NCBI RefSeq assembly: GCF_021028975.2
Contig: NC_059437.1
Coordinates: 14,446,001-14,510,000 of the forward strand
Direction of reading: 5' to 3'
Origin: Sphaerodactylus townsendi
Lineage: Eukaryota
Length of the DNA stretch: 64,000 nt
Made by a program: the position numbers and the translations under genes
The notes under the pieces: model-generated
Seen by the model: the letters and a program-made list of their open reading frames with translations, nothing else
Database searches by the model: none
Told to the model about the DNA's origin: nothing
Shown here: one piece after another, positions 62,373-64,000 of the stretch
Numbering within the stretch: the first letter of the stretch is position 1
How the letters are laid out: every line of letters begins with the position of its first letter

Positions 62373-64000
62373 GGCTAGCTCAATCTATGGAGCAGCTAGG
62401 CTGGCCCCTGGAACGATGCCAATAGATGAAAAGGAGTTTAGCTACTGCAGAAGTTAATTAGGAGTTGGGGTTACTAGGAAGCTACGGCACTGGATTTCCA
62501 GCATCTGGGCTGCTTCGGATTCTTTGTTCAACATACTAGAAGATGCTGGTGTCAATGTTTAAAGCCCCAAATGACCTGGGTCCAATAGGCCTAGGAGATC
62601 TCCAAGTCAGATCACAATCTCTGAGGTAAACTTTGCGTGATATCCTAGTGACTTCTGTGTGCCATTTAAATATTTTTTTACAGTCCAATCCAGATGGGGA
62701 GGATGGGCAGTGAAAACAGGAAGGGCTTGTGCTGACGCATTTGCCCACCTCACCAGCATAAGGGGCACTTACATTGGTGAGAGGGCAAACAGGGAGGCAG
62801 GCAGACACCACAGAGTTCTGCAGAGCCCAATCCAGAAATGGATTCTGGCCCTAGCAGAGGCGTAGCAAGGAGGAAAAGCACCAGGTGCATTTGGTAAAGG
62901 CCCTCCACCCCCCTGTCCTGCTCCTTGAACATCCTCACCACACTCCCTCCCACAGGGGGGCGCTAACTGGTGTGTGTCAAGCACACCCTGCTCCCCTTTG
63001 GAGTGACACCTCTGGGCCCTAGAGCTGTGGTGGTGTAAAACACGACACCATCACAGCTGGGGGTGAGCTAGGGTCGTTCCTGGGGTGTGAAACTGACAGT
63101 AGTTGGCTTCCACTGGGCTTTTGGCCCTGGAACACCACTGGTGCAGGTCTGTAACTTATGCCACCAAAACACATGGCATAAGTTAGTTTCTCCAGTGGGG
63201 GTTTCTGGGTAGCAGTAGAGTTTCTTTTCCCAACAGCTTGCTGTGCTTCCTGGAGCTCCACTGGAAGTGGCACAGCAGCACTTTCCCTGCACGGTTCCCT
63301 GCTGCCACTGAGCTCCCCACCCCCACCCCCCGGACGGCTCTGTTAATGGGTTGAATTCAGCCAGCTTTTCCAGTGAATGTCACCCAGTTCTCCGTGCTAC
63401 AGTTTTTGTACATGTGTGTCCCAAGATCCCAAATGTAGCCTTTTTGGTCGTCCTTTTTCAGCTGTTGAAAAGCTTGTGGGCTCTACCCCGTTCTGTTTTC
63501 TGTCCTACTTCTCAGCCTAAATTTGTATGTTAAAGAAGCTCGCAGGACTGCAAAAAACAATGCAAACAGCAATAAAATCCCAGCACAAAATACTTCTCTT
63601 GGGAAGGAATTCTCCCCTGAGCTACATCAAGACATGATGGATGAATGCTTGGCTGCTTCCTGTCCTCTCCCCCAATGGCCCCATTAATGCCTATTGAAAG
63701 CTGGAGAGGGGGGACTCATTCCAACCAGAGCAGGAACAGGGAGGGAGGGAGGGAGGGAATGTTCCACATGCAAAGGGGGGCATTGAATACATGAAGCTGC
63801 CTTATACTGATTCAAGCAACTGAGTTCTCAGGGTTAGTACTGTTCACTCTGAGTAGCAGAGGCTCTCCAGCGTCTCCAGGAAAGGTCTTCCACATCATTT
63901 GCAATCTTTAACTGGAGGTGTCATGGAGTGAAAGGGTTTATATATATATGTGCTGATTAGGGGGTAGAGATTAGGGAGGCTGAAGGTGGTTAGGAAAATC

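Noticed and set aside
62400-64000. Possible exons of a downstream neighbour such as SLC25A14
   Set aside because: No recognisable coding sequence with consistent splice sites found on either strand

Overview
Squamate (gecko-like, judged from its SINE/MITE repertoire) genomic DNA homologous to the human Xq26 block. Gene order: last coding exon and 3'UTR of BCORL1 (+); complete AIFM1 (-, CDS 5034-32170), carrying both mutually exclusive exons 2a/2b, an extra 30-nt microexon and a candidate 400-nt poison exon in intron 10; an intron-containing MARS2 (+, 3 exons) head-to-head with AIFM1 across 208 bp with NRF1 sites; RAB33A (+, 2 exons); a decayed Ty1/copia element with nested insertions; RBMX2 (+, 6 exons). 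Introns and intergenic DNA are dense in tRNA-derived SINEs, palindromic hAT MITEs, and L2/CR1/Penelope fragments. There is one 148-nt N gap. The most interesting signals are the triple-ORF cassette in AIFM1 intron 10, the spliced MARS2 sharing a bidirectional promoter with AIFM1, and a unique 85-bp hairpin in AIFM1 intron 5. AIFM1 exon numbers follow human numbering. Gene calls rest on recognising the translated sequence, not on database searches.
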